DNA from: an uncultured Chloroflexia bacterium
Lineage (GTDB): Bacteria > Chloroflexota > Limnocylindria > QHBO01
Assembly: GCA_963805645.1 (NCBI GenBank)
Contig: CAWDVA010000005.1
Location: forward strand, 62,113 to 126,112
Length of the DNA: 64,000 nt
Reading direction: 5' to 3'
Below are positions 1 to 9,261 of the stretch, one piece after another (position 1 is the first letter of the stretch; each line of letters starts with the position of its first letter). The notes under the pieces are model-generated. The model was not told where the DNA came from, ran no database searches, and saw only the letters and a list, made by a program, of their open reading frames with translations. Both the position numbers and the translations under genes were made by a program.

Positions 1-281
1 CCCGCACCTCCGTAGGCCTCCGGAACGTCGATCCCCAGGAATCCATCGCGCCCGAGCCGCTCGAGGAGCGCCCGATGGGCCGCGTAATCCTTCCCGTCCA
101 CGCCCTCCACCGCGTCACGGCGGGGGAGCACCTCCTTCTCGACGAAGGCGCCCACCGCCTCGCGGATGGCGCGGTGCTCCTCGCTGAGCCGCTCCGGGGT
201 GAAGACGCCGTCGGCCGGCGCGGCGCCGGTCATGAAGCTGCCGCCCTTTGCCGTCGGCGCGGCGCGAGTCTCCGTGGTCAT
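1..281 (-). CDS. Acyl-CoA dehydrogenase, N-terminal fragment (gene continues past window start)
   Basis: Reverse-strand translation from the ATG at 281 reads MTTETRAAPTAKGGSFMTGAAPADGVFTPERLSEEHRAIREAVGAFVEKEVLP, a typical ACAD N-terminus. The ATG overlaps the thiolase stop as ATGA. Confidence 0.6.
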   Translation of the reverse strand, partial: MTTETRAAPTAKGGSFMTGAAPADGVFTPERLSEEHRAIREAVGAFVEKEVLPRRDAVEGVDGKDYAAHRALLERLGRDGFLGIDVPEAYGGA

Positions 282-1507
282 CCTGCCGCCTCCGTGTCCG
301 ATACCGCCGCGCGGGCCGGTTGCCGCCCGCCCAACCACTCGATGACTCCCGCCGCCCCCTGTCCACCGCCCACGCACATCGTCACCAGGCCGTACTTCGC
401 ATCGCGCCTGGCGAGCTCGGAGAGGATCTGGACCGTCAGCTTGGCGCCGGTGGCGCCCAGCGGGTGGCCGAGCGCGATCGCGCCGCCGTTGACGTTCGTG
501 GTCTCCTCGTCGAGACCCAGGGCTCGCACCACGGCCACGACCTGCGCCGCGAACGCTTCGTTGAGCTCGGTGACGGCGATGTCGTCCAGGGTCAGGCCGG
601 CCTTGCTGAGGGCCTTGGGGACCGCGTCCACCGGCCCGATCCCCATGATCGCCGGATCCACGCCCGCGGTCGCGAAGCTCACCAGGCGGCCCATGGGCTC
701 CAGGCCGAGCGCCGCGGCCCGCTCGCCGGTCATGACCAGCATCGCTGCAGCGCCGTCGCTCATCTGGCTGGAGTTCCCCGCGGTGACGGTCCCGCCTGTG
801 GCGAAGACCGGGCGCAGGCTCGCCATCTGGGCGGCATCGGAGTCATGGCGAATCCCTTCATCGGCATCGAATGTCACTTCGGCGGTGCTGGGGCGGCCGT
901 CCGGGTCGGTCCGGGTCTGGTGGGCCTGGACCGGAGCGACCTCGTCGATGAAGCGTCCTGCCCGCTGCGCGGCGGAGGCGCGCTGGTGCGAGCGAAGGCC
1001 CCACGCGTCCTGGTCCTCTCGCGACACGCCGAACCGCTCGGAGACGTTCTCCGCGGTGAGGCCCATGGACAGGTAGACCTGCGGACGGGTATCGGCCAGG
1101 CCCGGATCGGGGCTGAATCGGTGCCCGATCATGGGCACGAAGCTCATGGACTCCATGCCTCCGGCCACGACCACGTCGTGCACGCCGGCCTGGACGGCCT
1201 GGCTGGCCAGTGCCAGCGCCTGCAGCCCCGAGGCACAGAAGCGGTTGATGGTCATGGCACTGGCGCTCTCCGGCAGGCCGGCGCCCAGGGCCACCTGGCG
1301 GGCGATGTTCAGGCCCTGGGCTCCCTCCGGCATGGCGCATCCCAGGACCAGGTCCTCGACCTCGGCCGGATCGAATCCCGGGGCGCGATCCAGGACCGCC
1401 CGGATGGCGGCCACGGCCAGGTCTTCCGGAGGCGTCTCGCGCAGCGTGCCGCGCGGCGCCTTGCCCACGGCCGTGCGGGCGGCGGAGACGATGACGGCGT
1501 CACGCAT
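278..1507 (-). CDS. fadA: Acetyl-CoA C-acyltransferase (thiolase)
   Basis: ORF 278..1516(-); MRDAVIVSAARTAVGKA...NRFCASGLQA...CVGGGQGAAGVIE are thiolase catalytic motifs. GAGGAG RBS precedes the ATG at 1507. Confidence 0.9.
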   Translation of the reverse strand: MRDAVIVSAARTAVGKAPRGTLRETPPEDLAVAAIRAVLDRAPGFDPAEVEDLVLGCAMPEGAQGLNIARQVALGAGLPESASAMTINRFCASGLQALALASQAVQAGVHDVVVAGGMESMSFVPMIGHRFSPDPGLADTRPQVYLSMGLTAENVSERFGVSREDQDAWGLRSHQRASAAQRAGRFIDEVAPVQAHQTRTDPDGRPSTAEVTFDADEGIRHDSDAAQMASLRPVFATGGTVTAGNSSQMSDGAAAMLVMTGERAAALGLEPMGRLVSFATAGVDPAIMGIGPVDAVPKALSKAGLTLDDIAVTELNEAFAAQVVAVVRALGLDEETTNVNGGAIALGHPLGATGAKLTVQILSELARRDAKYGLVTMCVGGGQGAAGVIEWLGGRQPARAAVSDTEAAG

Positions 1508-1519
1508 GGTGTGCACTCC

Positions 1520-3826
1520 TCAGTTCCGCAGCGGCTTGCCGGTCTTGAGGATGTGCCGGATCCGGTCGCGCGTCAGCCGTTCGCCAAGCAGGCGGAGGAA
1601 TGCCTCGCGCTCCAGGTCCAGCAGGTAGGCCTCGCTGACCGGCGTTCCCTCGGCGACATTGCCGCCGCTCATCACGGTTGCCAGCTCCAGCACGACCAGC
1701 CGGTCGTGCTCGCTCATCTGGTGACCGACCAGCTGGTTGTAGGTGAGCGACTCGGCCGCCGCGATGCCCCGGCGACCCAGCACCGGGATGCGGGTCTCGC
1801 CCGGGGCTCGATAGCCGGCGGCCGCCAGCGTGGCGGCGGTCCGGGCGGCATCCGCCCACTGGCGATCGGGATCGGCCGTGAGCGGGTCGCAGTCGCGCAG
1901 CAGGAGGTAGTCACGGGCGTCGGGCGCACCCATGGCCACGCGGGCCGTGGCGATGCCGGTGAACACCTGCTGGAAGATGGGGAAGAGGTCCGCACGCGCG
2001 CCCTCCGGCAGCTGCTCCGCGGCCCGTCGCGCCATGGCCGTGGACCCGCCCCCGGCCGGGATGAGACCCACGCCCACCTCCACCAGCCCGATGTACGTCT
2101 CCATCAGGGCCTGCGCACGGTCCGCGGCGAGAACCATCTCGGCGCCGCCTCCCAGCGTCCGCCCGCGCGGGGCGACGACCACCGGGATGGGGGAGTGGCG
2201 GATGGCCGTCGAAGCGGCCTGGAAGGCACGAATCGCCCGGTCCAGCTCGTCCCACTCGCCCTCCTCCGCCTCGATCAGCAGCAGGGCCAGGTTGGCGCCC
2301 GCGGAGAAGTCGGGGGCATCCGTGCCGATCACCAGGCCGTCGTAGCGGTCCGTGGCGAGATCGACCGCGCGCCGCACCATGCTGATGGTCTCCGGTCCGA
2401 TGATGTTCAGCTTGCCGTGCAGCTCCAGGCCCAGGATCCCGTCCGGCAGCTCGAGCATGGAGGCCGAGGAGCTGGTGGGCAGTCCCGCCGACGCGGCGGT
2501 TGCCCGGGCCGCAGGCAGGCCGAGCGCACCCGGACGCGCCTCCAGGGTCCGCAGGCCGCCATCGATGAAGCTCCAGCCACTGCCATTCGCGTAGTACGCG
2601 TCGGGGACCGCGGAGGCCGCCTCGCCCAGCAGCCGGGGTCGCGCATCGGGCCCCAGTGCGTCGAGAAGCTGGAACGGCCCCAGCGCCCAGCCGAAGCCCC
2701 AGCGCATGGCATCGTCGATGCTCCGGGCGTCATCAGCGATCTCCGGACCGGTCGCGACGGCATAGGCCAGCGCCGCGCTGAAGGTCCGGCGCAGGAACTC
2801 CCCGGCGGTGTCGTGCGCGGCCAGGAGCATGCCCATGCGCCGGGGGAGGTCCTGCTCGTTGCGCGCCATCTCGACCGCGCCCGACTGCACGCGCCGGCGT
2901 GGCCGATAGTCGCCGGTCGCAAAGTCGAGGGCCAGGATCTCGCCCTTCTCCTTGCGGAAGAAGCCCGCCCCGGTCTTCTCGCCCAGGGCACCGCGCTCCA
3001 CGAGCGAGCGCAGGAGCGGCGGCACGGCGAAGTCATCTCGCCGCGGGTCGTCGGGAAGATCCGCGTGGCAGTGGTCCGCGACGGCGACGGCCACGTCGAT
3101 CCCCACCAGGTCCAGGGTGCGGAAGGTGGCGCTCTTCGGACGGCCGATGAGTGTCCCGGTCAGCTCGTCCACCTCGTCGGGGCCCAGGCCGAGCTCCTGC
3201 GCGAGGCGCAGGGAGACCATCAGGCCGTGGACGCCCAGCCGGTTGGCGATGAACGCGGGCGTGTCGCGCGCCACGACGGTGCCCTTGCCCAGCAGCCGCG
3301 AGCCGATGTCGGCCATCCGGTCGACCACCGCGGGGTCCGTGCCGGCGACCGGGATGAGCTCCAGCAGACGGGTGTATCGGGGTGGGTTGAAGAAATGGGT
3401 GCCCAGGAACCGCGCCCGGAACGCCTCGCTCCGTCCCGTGAGCAGCGCATTGATCGAGATGCCGCTGGTGTTGGTCGACACGATCGGCGGACGTTCGCTG
3501 CCCGCCACGGCCTCCTCGACGCGCGCGAGGAGGTCGCGCTTGGGCTCGAGCTGCTCGACGATGGCTTCCACCACCCAGTCGGCATCAGCGACGGCATCGG
3601 CGAGACGGTCCAGGCCGTCCGTCCGGATGTTGCCGCGATCCGACCGCAGGTAGAACGGCGCCGGGCGCAGCTTGGCCGCGCGATCCAGCCCGGCACGGGC
3701 GACGTCGGCGTCGAGGTCGAGGAGGCTCACGCGCACCCCGTTTCCGGCCAGCAGCGCCGCAATCTGGGCTCCCATCGTCCCGGCGCCCAGGACGGCGACG
3801 CGGCGCAGACGCGCGATGTGGCTCAT
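1520..3826 (-). CDS. fadN: Bifunctional 3-hydroxyacyl-CoA dehydrogenase (N-terminal, NAD Rossmann GAGTMGAQIA) / enoyl-CoA hydratase (C-terminal), FadN-like
   Basis: Internal start MSHIARLRRVAVLGAGTMG in ORF 1520..3922(-); HCDH domain followed by crotonase fold. ATGA overlap with the TetR stop. Confidence 0.85.
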   Translation of the reverse strand: MSHIARLRRVAVLGAGTMGAQIAALLAGNGVRVSLLDLDADVARAGLDRAAKLRPAPFYLRSDRGNIRTDGLDRLADAVADADWVVEAIVEQLEPKRDLLARVEEAVAGSERPPIVSTNTSGISINALLTGRSEAFRARFLGTHFFNPPRYTRLLELIPVAGTDPAVVDRMADIGSRLLGKGTVVARDTPAFIANRLGVHGLMVSLRLAQELGLGPDEVDELTGTLIGRPKSATFRTLDLVGIDVAVAVADHCHADLPDDPRRDDFAVPPLLRSLVERGALGEKTGAGFFRKEKGEILALDFATGDYRPRRRVQSGAVEMARNEQDLPRRMGMLLAAHDTAGEFLRRTFSAALAYAVATGPEIADDARSIDDAMRWGFGWALGPFQLLDALGPDARPRLLGEAASAVPDAYYANGSGWSFIDGGLRTLEARPGALGLPAARATAASAGLPTSSSASMLELPDGILGLELHGKLNIIGPETISMVRRAVDLATDRYDGLVIGTDAPDFSAGANLALLLIEAEEGEWDELDRAIRAFQAASTAIRHSPIPVVVAPRGRTLGGGAEMVLAADRAQALMETYIGLVEVGVGLIPAGGGSTAMARRAAEQLPEGARADLFPIFQQVFTGIATARVAMGAPDARDYLLLRDCDPLTADPDRQWADAARTAATLAAAGYRAPGETRIPVLGRRGIAAAESLTYNQLVGHQMSEHDRLVVLELATVMSGGNVAEGTPVSEAYLLDLEREAFLRLLGERLTRDRIRHILKTGKPLRN

Positions 3827-4416
3827 CCGCCACCCACCCGTGGCGCGAGACCCTGGACGAACAGGCCCACGAAGGCATCGGCGATCTCGTCCACCGCGAG
3901 CGCCCCCTTGGGGCGGTACCACTGCGTGAACCAGTTGCAGACCGACAGGATGCCGATGCCGGCCAGGCGAACATCGACGTCGCGAATGGCGCCGGTGGCA
4001 ACCGCCTCGCCGATGGTCCGGCGCCAGGCAGCCTCGTACGCGTCGCGTCGCTCGATGAGCTGCGAGCGGCGTTCGGGGCTCAGGGAGCGGAGCTCGATCT
4101 GGATCAGGCTCATCTCGTCCGCGTGGTCGGCCGCGACGCCGAGATGGGCGTGTATGGCAGCGGTCAGGCGGTCCAGCGGGGGAGCGTCACCTTCCAGCAG
4201 CCCGACCACCCGCTCCTCGAGGAGGTCGAAGGTGCGGTCGAGGATGGACCACAGCAGGTCGTCCTTCGAGTTGATGTAGTGGTACAGGCTGCCGCGGTTC
4301 ATGCCCAGCGCCTCGGCAAGGTCCTGCATCGAGGTCGCGTGGTAGCCGCGCTGCCGGAAGAGCCGGGTGGCGGCGGCCCACAGCTCGGTCTCGCGGGGAC
4401 GGGTGATGGTCGTCAT
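3823..4416 (-). CDS. TetR family transcriptional regulator (probable fatty-acid degradation repressor)
   Basis: N-terminal HTH LFRQRGYHATSMQDLAEALGMNRGSLYHYINSKDDLL. Sits at the head of the fad operon, divergent from the HD-domain gene. Confidence 0.8.
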   Translation of the reverse strand: MTTITRPRETELWAAATRLFRQRGYHATSMQDLAEALGMNRGSLYHYINSKDDLLWSILDRTFDLLEERVVGLLEGDAPPLDRLTAAIHAHLGVAADHADEMSLIQIELRSLSPERRSQLIERRDAYEAAWRRTIGEAVATGAIRDVDVRLAGIGILSVCNWFTQWYRPKGALAVDEIADAFVGLFVQGLAPRVGGG

Positions 4417-4448
4417 GGGCCGATCGCGGCGCTCCACCTTGTGGTCAT

Positions 4449-4462
4449 CAAACGAACGTTTG
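4449..4462. promoter_or_regulatory. Inverted repeat CAAACG-AA-CGTTTG, candidate TetR operator
   Basis: Near-perfect 6-bp-arm palindrome about 33 nt upstream of the TetR ATG in the divergent intergenic region. Confidence 0.3.
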
Positions 4463-4540
4463 GTTGAGAAGAGATCGTAGCCCAGCCGTCAAGCGCGGTC
4501 GAGCCCCAACCGCTTGCGCAGATCGCGACAATGGGCCCCC

Positions 4541-5128
4541 ATGTCGCGCCTCGCCGATGCCTTCGACCTGGCCTCCCAGCTCCACGCCGATCAGCGGCGC
4601 AAGGCCACTGCGGTCCCGTACGTCGCCCACCTGCTGCAGGTCTGCGGCCTGGTGCTCGAGGACGGTGGAGACGAGGACGAGGCGATCGCCGCGCTCCTGC
4701 ACGACGCGCCGGAGGACCAGGGCGGTACCCGGACCCTGTCCCTGATCCGCGAACGCTTCGGCGACCGCGTGGCCGATATCGTGGCCGGATGCTCGGACGC
4801 CATGCCGGCCCCGGGCGAGGCGAAGGCGCCCTGGCGTGGGCGGAAGACGGCATACCTGGCCCATCTCGACGAGGCGGCGCCATCGGTCCTGAAGGTGTCG
4901 CTGGCGGATCGGCTCCACAACGGGCGCAGCCTGGTGGCCGACCTGGCCGTCACCGGGCCGGCCGTGTGGGACCGATTCAACGCCGGCCCCGCGGACCAGG
5001 CCTGGTTCTTTGGCGCCGCGCTCGCCGTGTACGAGCGCCGGCTGCCCGGCTCCTGGAACCTGCCGGCGTTCCGGGAGGTCGTGACCGCGATCCAGGGCGC
5101 CGTACTCGACATCGCGGATCTCGGCTAG
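4541..5128 (+). CDS. HD-domain phosphohydrolase, RelA/SpoT-hydrolase (Mesh1/small alarmone hydrolase)-like
   Basis: YVAHLLQV...DEAIAALLHDAPEDQGG matches the H...HD...D motif of (p)ppGpp hydrolase domains. Ends 54 nt before the cyclase gene. Confidence 0.6.
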   Translation: MSRLADAFDLASQLHADQRRKATAVPYVAHLLQVCGLVLEDGGDEDEAIAALLHDAPEDQGGTRTLSLIRERFGDRVADIVAGCSDAMPAPGEAKAPWRGRKTAYLAHLDEAAPSVLKVSLADRLHNGRSLVADLAVTGPAVWDRFNAGPADQAWFFGAALAVYERRLPGSWNLPAFREVVTAIQGAVLDIADLG

Positions 5129-5181
5129 ACGCCCGCGGAGTCCGCCCCCGGCACGAGTCGAGTGTCGAGTATTGTCGCGCG

Positions 5182-6426
5182 ATGGTTGTCCTGCGGCCCC
5201 TCGGGCGCATCTGGCCTCTCGTCAGGTCCTTCGGCGCCTATCCGGGTGAGACCGACGTCCACCGAGGGAAGCGGCAGATCGTCGTCGGGTACTTCTTCTT
5301 TGGTGTGCTGGCACGGGTCCCGTTCGCCGCCGGGGAGTTCGCCGGGGGTACACCGTGGGCGGGGGTTGTTGACGTAGGGGCTGTGCTGGTCGGCCTTGTC
5401 GGGCTCGGCGCACTGCGAATCCGGCCCGGCTGGTTCACGTGGATCGTCAACGCAGGGCTGTTCTTCCTGCTGGCGGAGGTCCTCGCGGCGACCCTCGTCG
5501 TGGGCGGGCTGGTTCCGTCGTCGCTGGTGATCCTGTTCGGGCTGATCGCGGTGGTCGGCGCCCTGATCGTCCTCGACACCTGGGCCGCGTTCGCATGGTT
5601 CGTGGCCTTCCTGCTCACCCTCACCCTGGCAGTGGTCCTTCCCGGCGTGATCCCGCCGATCTACGTGGTGGAGACAACCGCGGGCGACCTCGCGTTCACC
5701 GTAGTTGGCGTGGCTGCCTTCGTGTTCGCGGCAATGGCGTACTTTGTGCGCCAGCGGGATCGGTTGCAGGCCGAGTCCGACGGCCTCCTCCACAACATCC
5801 TCCCCGACGAGATCGCCGGGAGGCTCAAAGCCAGCCAGACCATGATCGCCGACGACTACGTGGCGGCCTCCGTGCTGTTCGCCGACGTGGTCGACTTCAC
5901 GCCGATGTCGGCCGAGATGTCGCCGCCCGAGCTGGTGGGGCTGCTGAACGCGGTGTTCACGACCTTCGACGGCCTCGTGAACGAGCTTGGGCTGGAGAAG
6001 ATCAAGACAATCGGAGACGCCTACATGGTCGCGGCGGGCGTGCCGCGGGAGCGGCCCGACCATGCGGACGCCATTGCCGACCTGGCGCTGCGGATCCGTG
6101 ACTGCGTGCAGACCACCACGTTCGCCGGACACAGGATCAGCCTGCGGATCGGCATCAACTCCGGACCGGTCGTTGCCGGGATCGTGGGCACCCACAAGTT
6201 CGCCTACGACCTGTGGGGTGACGTCGTCAACACCGCCAGCCGCATGGAATCAGAGGGCGTCCCGGGGTCGATCCAGGTGAGCCAGGCAACCTGCGAGCTG
6301 ATTCGGGATCGCTACCTGTGCGAACCCCGCGGCGGCATCCACGTCAAGGGGAAGGGAGAGATGAACACCTTCATCCTCGTTTCGAAGCGAGGCGACGAAG
6401 CCACGGTGGCGGACGCAGCCCGGTAG
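5182..6426 (+). CDS. Membrane-anchored class III adenylate/guanylate cyclase (about 6 TM segments + CHD)
   Basis: Internal start MVVLRPLG within ORF 4531..6426. Hydrophobic N-terminal half; C-terminal FADVVDFT...KTIGDAYMVAAG...GPVVAGIVG...YDLWGDVVNTASRMES cyclase motifs. Confidence 0.8.
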   Translation: MVVLRPLGRIWPLVRSFGAYPGETDVHRGKRQIVVGYFFFGVLARVPFAAGEFAGGTPWAGVVDVGAVLVGLVGLGALRIRPGWFTWIVNAGLFFLLAEVLAATLVVGGLVPSSLVILFGLIAVVGALIVLDTWAAFAWFVAFLLTLTLAVVLPGVIPPIYVVETTAGDLAFTVVGVAAFVFAAMAYFVRQRDRLQAESDGLLHNILPDEIAGRLKASQTMIADDYVAASVLFADVVDFTPMSAEMSPPELVGLLNAVFTTFDGLVNELGLEKIKTIGDAYMVAAGVPRERPDHADAIADLALRIRDCVQTTTFAGHRISLRIGINSGPVVAGIVGTHKFAYDLWGDVVNTASRMESEGVPGSIQVSQATCELIRDRYLCEPRGGIHVKGKGEMNTFILVSKRGDEATVADAAR

Positions 6427-6445
6427 CCTCGCGGTCCGCGGAGGG

Positions 6446-7753
6446 TCACGCGGGAGCAGCCAGCAGCTCGCGGATCACCTGCTCGGAGCCGGCGTAGTCT
6501 CCCTCGCCCCAGTGGGTGTGCCGGATCTGTCCCTGCCTGTCCACGAAGTAGAAGGCCGGCCAGTAGCGGTTGTGGTACGCGTTCCAGGTGGCGTACTGCG
6601 GATCGAAGGCGACCGGGAAGGTGACCGCGTCATCGGCGACCGCCTTGCGCACGTTGGCGATCTCCCGCTCGAAGCTCAGCTCGGGCGTGTGCACGCCAAT
6701 GACCACCAAGCCGTCCGCGGCGTACCGGTCGTACCAGGCCTTCACGTAGGGCTGGACGTGGATGCAGTTGATGCAGGCGAAGGTCCAGAACTGCACCAGC
6801 ACGACCTTGCCGCGCAGCGCGGCGAGCGTCAGCGGCTCCGAGTTGATCCAGTCGGTGATGCCGGCCAGCTCCGGCGCCGGGCCCAGGTTTTCCAGGGACA
6901 CCGATGCCGGCAGCGACGACGCCACGGGCGTCGGCAGGGGATTGCCCTCCGCGTCAGTCATGGGTGTCAGCGCAACGCCGGCCCGGGTTCCCATCTGGCC
7001 CAGCTCATTGCGCACCGCGGGCTGCTCCTCCACTGCCAGCAATGCCGAGCCCCAACCGGCGGGAAGCAGGTTGCCGACCGCGGTCTGGAGCGGGATGTCC
7101 AGGCCGGTGGCGACCACCAGCGCCACCGCGACCATGCTCGCGCCGAAGATCCGCTGCAGCCGGGCACGACGCTCGGGACGACCCAGGGCCTGGACCGCGG
7201 CCCGGCCCGCGCCGGCCACCAGGGCCAGGGGAATCGAAGCCCCCGCGACGTAGGCCAGCGCAATGGCCAGGGCCTGCAGCGACGGTCCGGAGGTGACCGC
7301 CACGGCGATCACCCCGGCCATGATGGGGCCCACGCAGGGCGCCCAGATCAGGCCGATGGCGCCGCCCAGGACGATCCCGCCTGCAAAGCCGGAGCGCGTC
7401 CCGGCTCCGGTTGACGACCCGGCGAGCGAGGTCCCGAGCCGGGTGAGCGACGCCGTGCGCAGCTCCAGCCAGCGACCCAGCGCAGGAACGAGGAGCACGG
7501 CGCCGAACGCGCCGAGGAGGAGGACGCTCGCCAGGCGCAGGCGGTCCGTGGTGAGGCCGGCAGCGGCGAGCGTCGACGCCAGCAGGACCGTGACGGTCAC
7601 GAACATCGCCGCGAAACCCACGATCAGCCCGGCCACCCGCCGGCGGCCGCCGGCGCCTGCGCTCCCGAGCAGGAGCGGCACGACCGGCAGCGTGCAGGGC
7701 GACAGGATCGTGAGCACCCCGGCGATGAACGCGAAAGCAATGACCAGCGCCAT
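6446..7753 (-). CDS. dipZ: Cytochrome c biogenesis CcdA-like membrane domain fused to thioredoxin-like (redoxin) domain, DipZ-like
   Basis: TM domain with the Cys pair (LSPCTL / WAPCVGP) followed by the WTFACINC thioredoxin motif. Confidence 0.8.
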   Translation of the reverse strand: MALVIAFAFIAGVLTILSPCTLPVVPLLLGSAGAGGRRRVAGLIVGFAAMFVTVTVLLASTLAAAGLTTDRLRLASVLLLGAFGAVLLVPALGRWLELRTASLTRLGTSLAGSSTGAGTRSGFAGGIVLGGAIGLIWAPCVGPIMAGVIAVAVTSGPSLQALAIALAYVAGASIPLALVAGAGRAAVQALGRPERRARLQRIFGASMVAVALVVATGLDIPLQTAVGNLLPAGWGSALLAVEEQPAVRNELGQMGTRAGVALTPMTDAEGNPLPTPVASSLPASVSLENLGPAPELAGITDWINSEPLTLAALRGKVVLVQFWTFACINCIHVQPYVKAWYDRYAADGLVVIGVHTPELSFEREIANVRKAVADDAVTFPVAFDPQYATWNAYHNRYWPAFYFVDRQGQIRHTHWGEGDYAGSEQVIRELLAAPA

Positions 7754-8173
7754 GTCGCGGATCCTCGTGTTCCTATGCGGGTGAGGATGCCGTCCGCGTA
7801 TGACGAACCGATGACGTCGCCGTGACCGTGGCGGCGCCGGGTCAGGCGACGCTGCTACGGCAGGCCGTCGCGCCCGTAGTTGTCGACGATGGCGTGCAGG
7901 CTGGTCTCCATGGCTCGTTCCTGCGCGTGACGCCGTCGCAGCAGTCCGCCATAGAGGTAGGTGGCAATGGCCAGGGCGGCCAGCAGCAGGCTGGTGGCCA
8001 CGGGCTGGGCGGCGAATGGGTCAGCAGGCACCGCGATCCTCCGGAGCGTGTCCCTTGAGTCTGGTGGGCGACGCCTCACGCCACAAGAGGCGAAATGGGA
8101 CTGGTACCCGGTGCGCTGGAGCACCAGGACCCAATGCGCGACGCCTGCGCCCGGGCAGACGCTCGTGTGTGGC

Positions 8174-9070
8174 ATGGTTCGCGCCATGGCGGACCGACTC
8201 GAGCTCACCCTCGCCGATGGGCGGACCCTGGAGGTCCACGTGCACGGCATGCCAGGTGGCGTACCAATCGTCTTCCACAACGGGACGCCGGGTGGTGGGA
8301 ACGCGTACGCGCCGTTCGTTGCGCTGGCCGCCGGCCGGGGCCTCCGGCTGATCACCTATGCGCGACCCGGGTACGCGCGCTCCACGCGCAATCCCGGTCG
8401 CAGCGTGGCCTCCGTGGCGCCCGACGTGGCCGAGCTCCTTGACCAGCTGGGGGCATCCCGCTGCTACACCGTGGGCTGGTCCGGAGGGGGACCCCACGCA
8501 CTCGCCACCGCCGCATTGCTCCCGGATCGCGTCATCGCGGCCGCGACCATCGCCGGGGTCGCACCCTATCGAGCCGAGGGCCTCAACTGGATGGCGGGCA
8601 TGGGCCGGGAGAACCTGCTCGAGTTCGAAGCCGCGCTCGAGGGCCAGGAAGCACTGCGGGCCTTCCTCGAACACGAAGGGTCATGGGTGCGCTCGGTCAC
8701 CGCCGAGCAGGTGGCCAACGGCTTCGGTGACCTGATCTCCGAACCCGACCGCTCATCGCTGACGGGGCCCTTCGCGGACTGGCAGGCGGCCAGCTTCCGG
8801 GCGGCGGTATCGACCGGCATCTGGGGCTGGTTCGACGATGACATGGCATTCACCCGCCCATGGGGCTTCGAGCTCGGCGCCATTGAGCGTCCGGTGGCCA
8901 TCTGGCAGGGCGCCCAGGACCGGATGGTTCCCTTCGCTCACGGCGAGTGGCTGGCTGCCCACGTCGGCTCTGCCACCGCGCATCTCCTGCCGCAGCACGG
9001 GCACCTGTCGCTGGCCGTGGGGTCGATGGCCGCGATCATCGACGATCTGCTCACCATCGGCGGTGGGTGA
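8174..9070 (+). CDS. Alpha/beta hydrolase
   Basis: Internal start in ORF 7961..9070; nucleophile elbow GWSGGG and overall alpha/beta-fold layout. Confidence 0.7.
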   Translation: MVRAMADRLELTLADGRTLEVHVHGMPGGVPIVFHNGTPGGGNAYAPFVALAAGRGLRLITYARPGYARSTRNPGRSVASVAPDVAELLDQLGASRCYTVGWSGGGPHALATAALLPDRVIAAATIAGVAPYRAEGLNWMAGMGRENLLEFEAALEGQEALRAFLEHEGSWVRSVTAEQVANGFGDLISEPDRSSLTGPFADWQAASFRAAVSTGIWGWFDDDMAFTRPWGFELGAIERPVAIWQGAQDRMVPFAHGEWLAAHVGSATAHLLPQHGHLSLAVGSMAAIIDDLLTIGGG

Positions 9071-9261
9071 ACGCCTCGACGAGCGTGCTACGCTGCGGGG
9101 CACCATGACGCGCTGGAACCCTCACTGGTCAACCATGGCGATGCCCGGGCGGCCCCGCCTGGGTGAGGGTTCCTAGACCGACATCGGTCCACCTCCATCC
9201 GCGGCGGAGCGCCGCGCTGCCGCATCCACTTCTCCTGCGACAGACCGATGGAGGCACCATC

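Noticed and set aside
248-4279. 1343-aa plus-strand ORF spanning the whole fad operon
   Set aside because: Antisense to three well-supported genes (thiolase, HCDH/ECH, TetR). Low-complexity R/G/A/P-rich translation typical of an open antisense frame in about 70% GC DNA.
7855-8000. Possible 48-aa single-TM ORF (VATSLLLAALAIATYLYGGLL...) upstream of dipZ on the minus strand
   Set aside because: GTG start only, no SD, no conservation evidence. Could be real but is unsupported from sequence alone.
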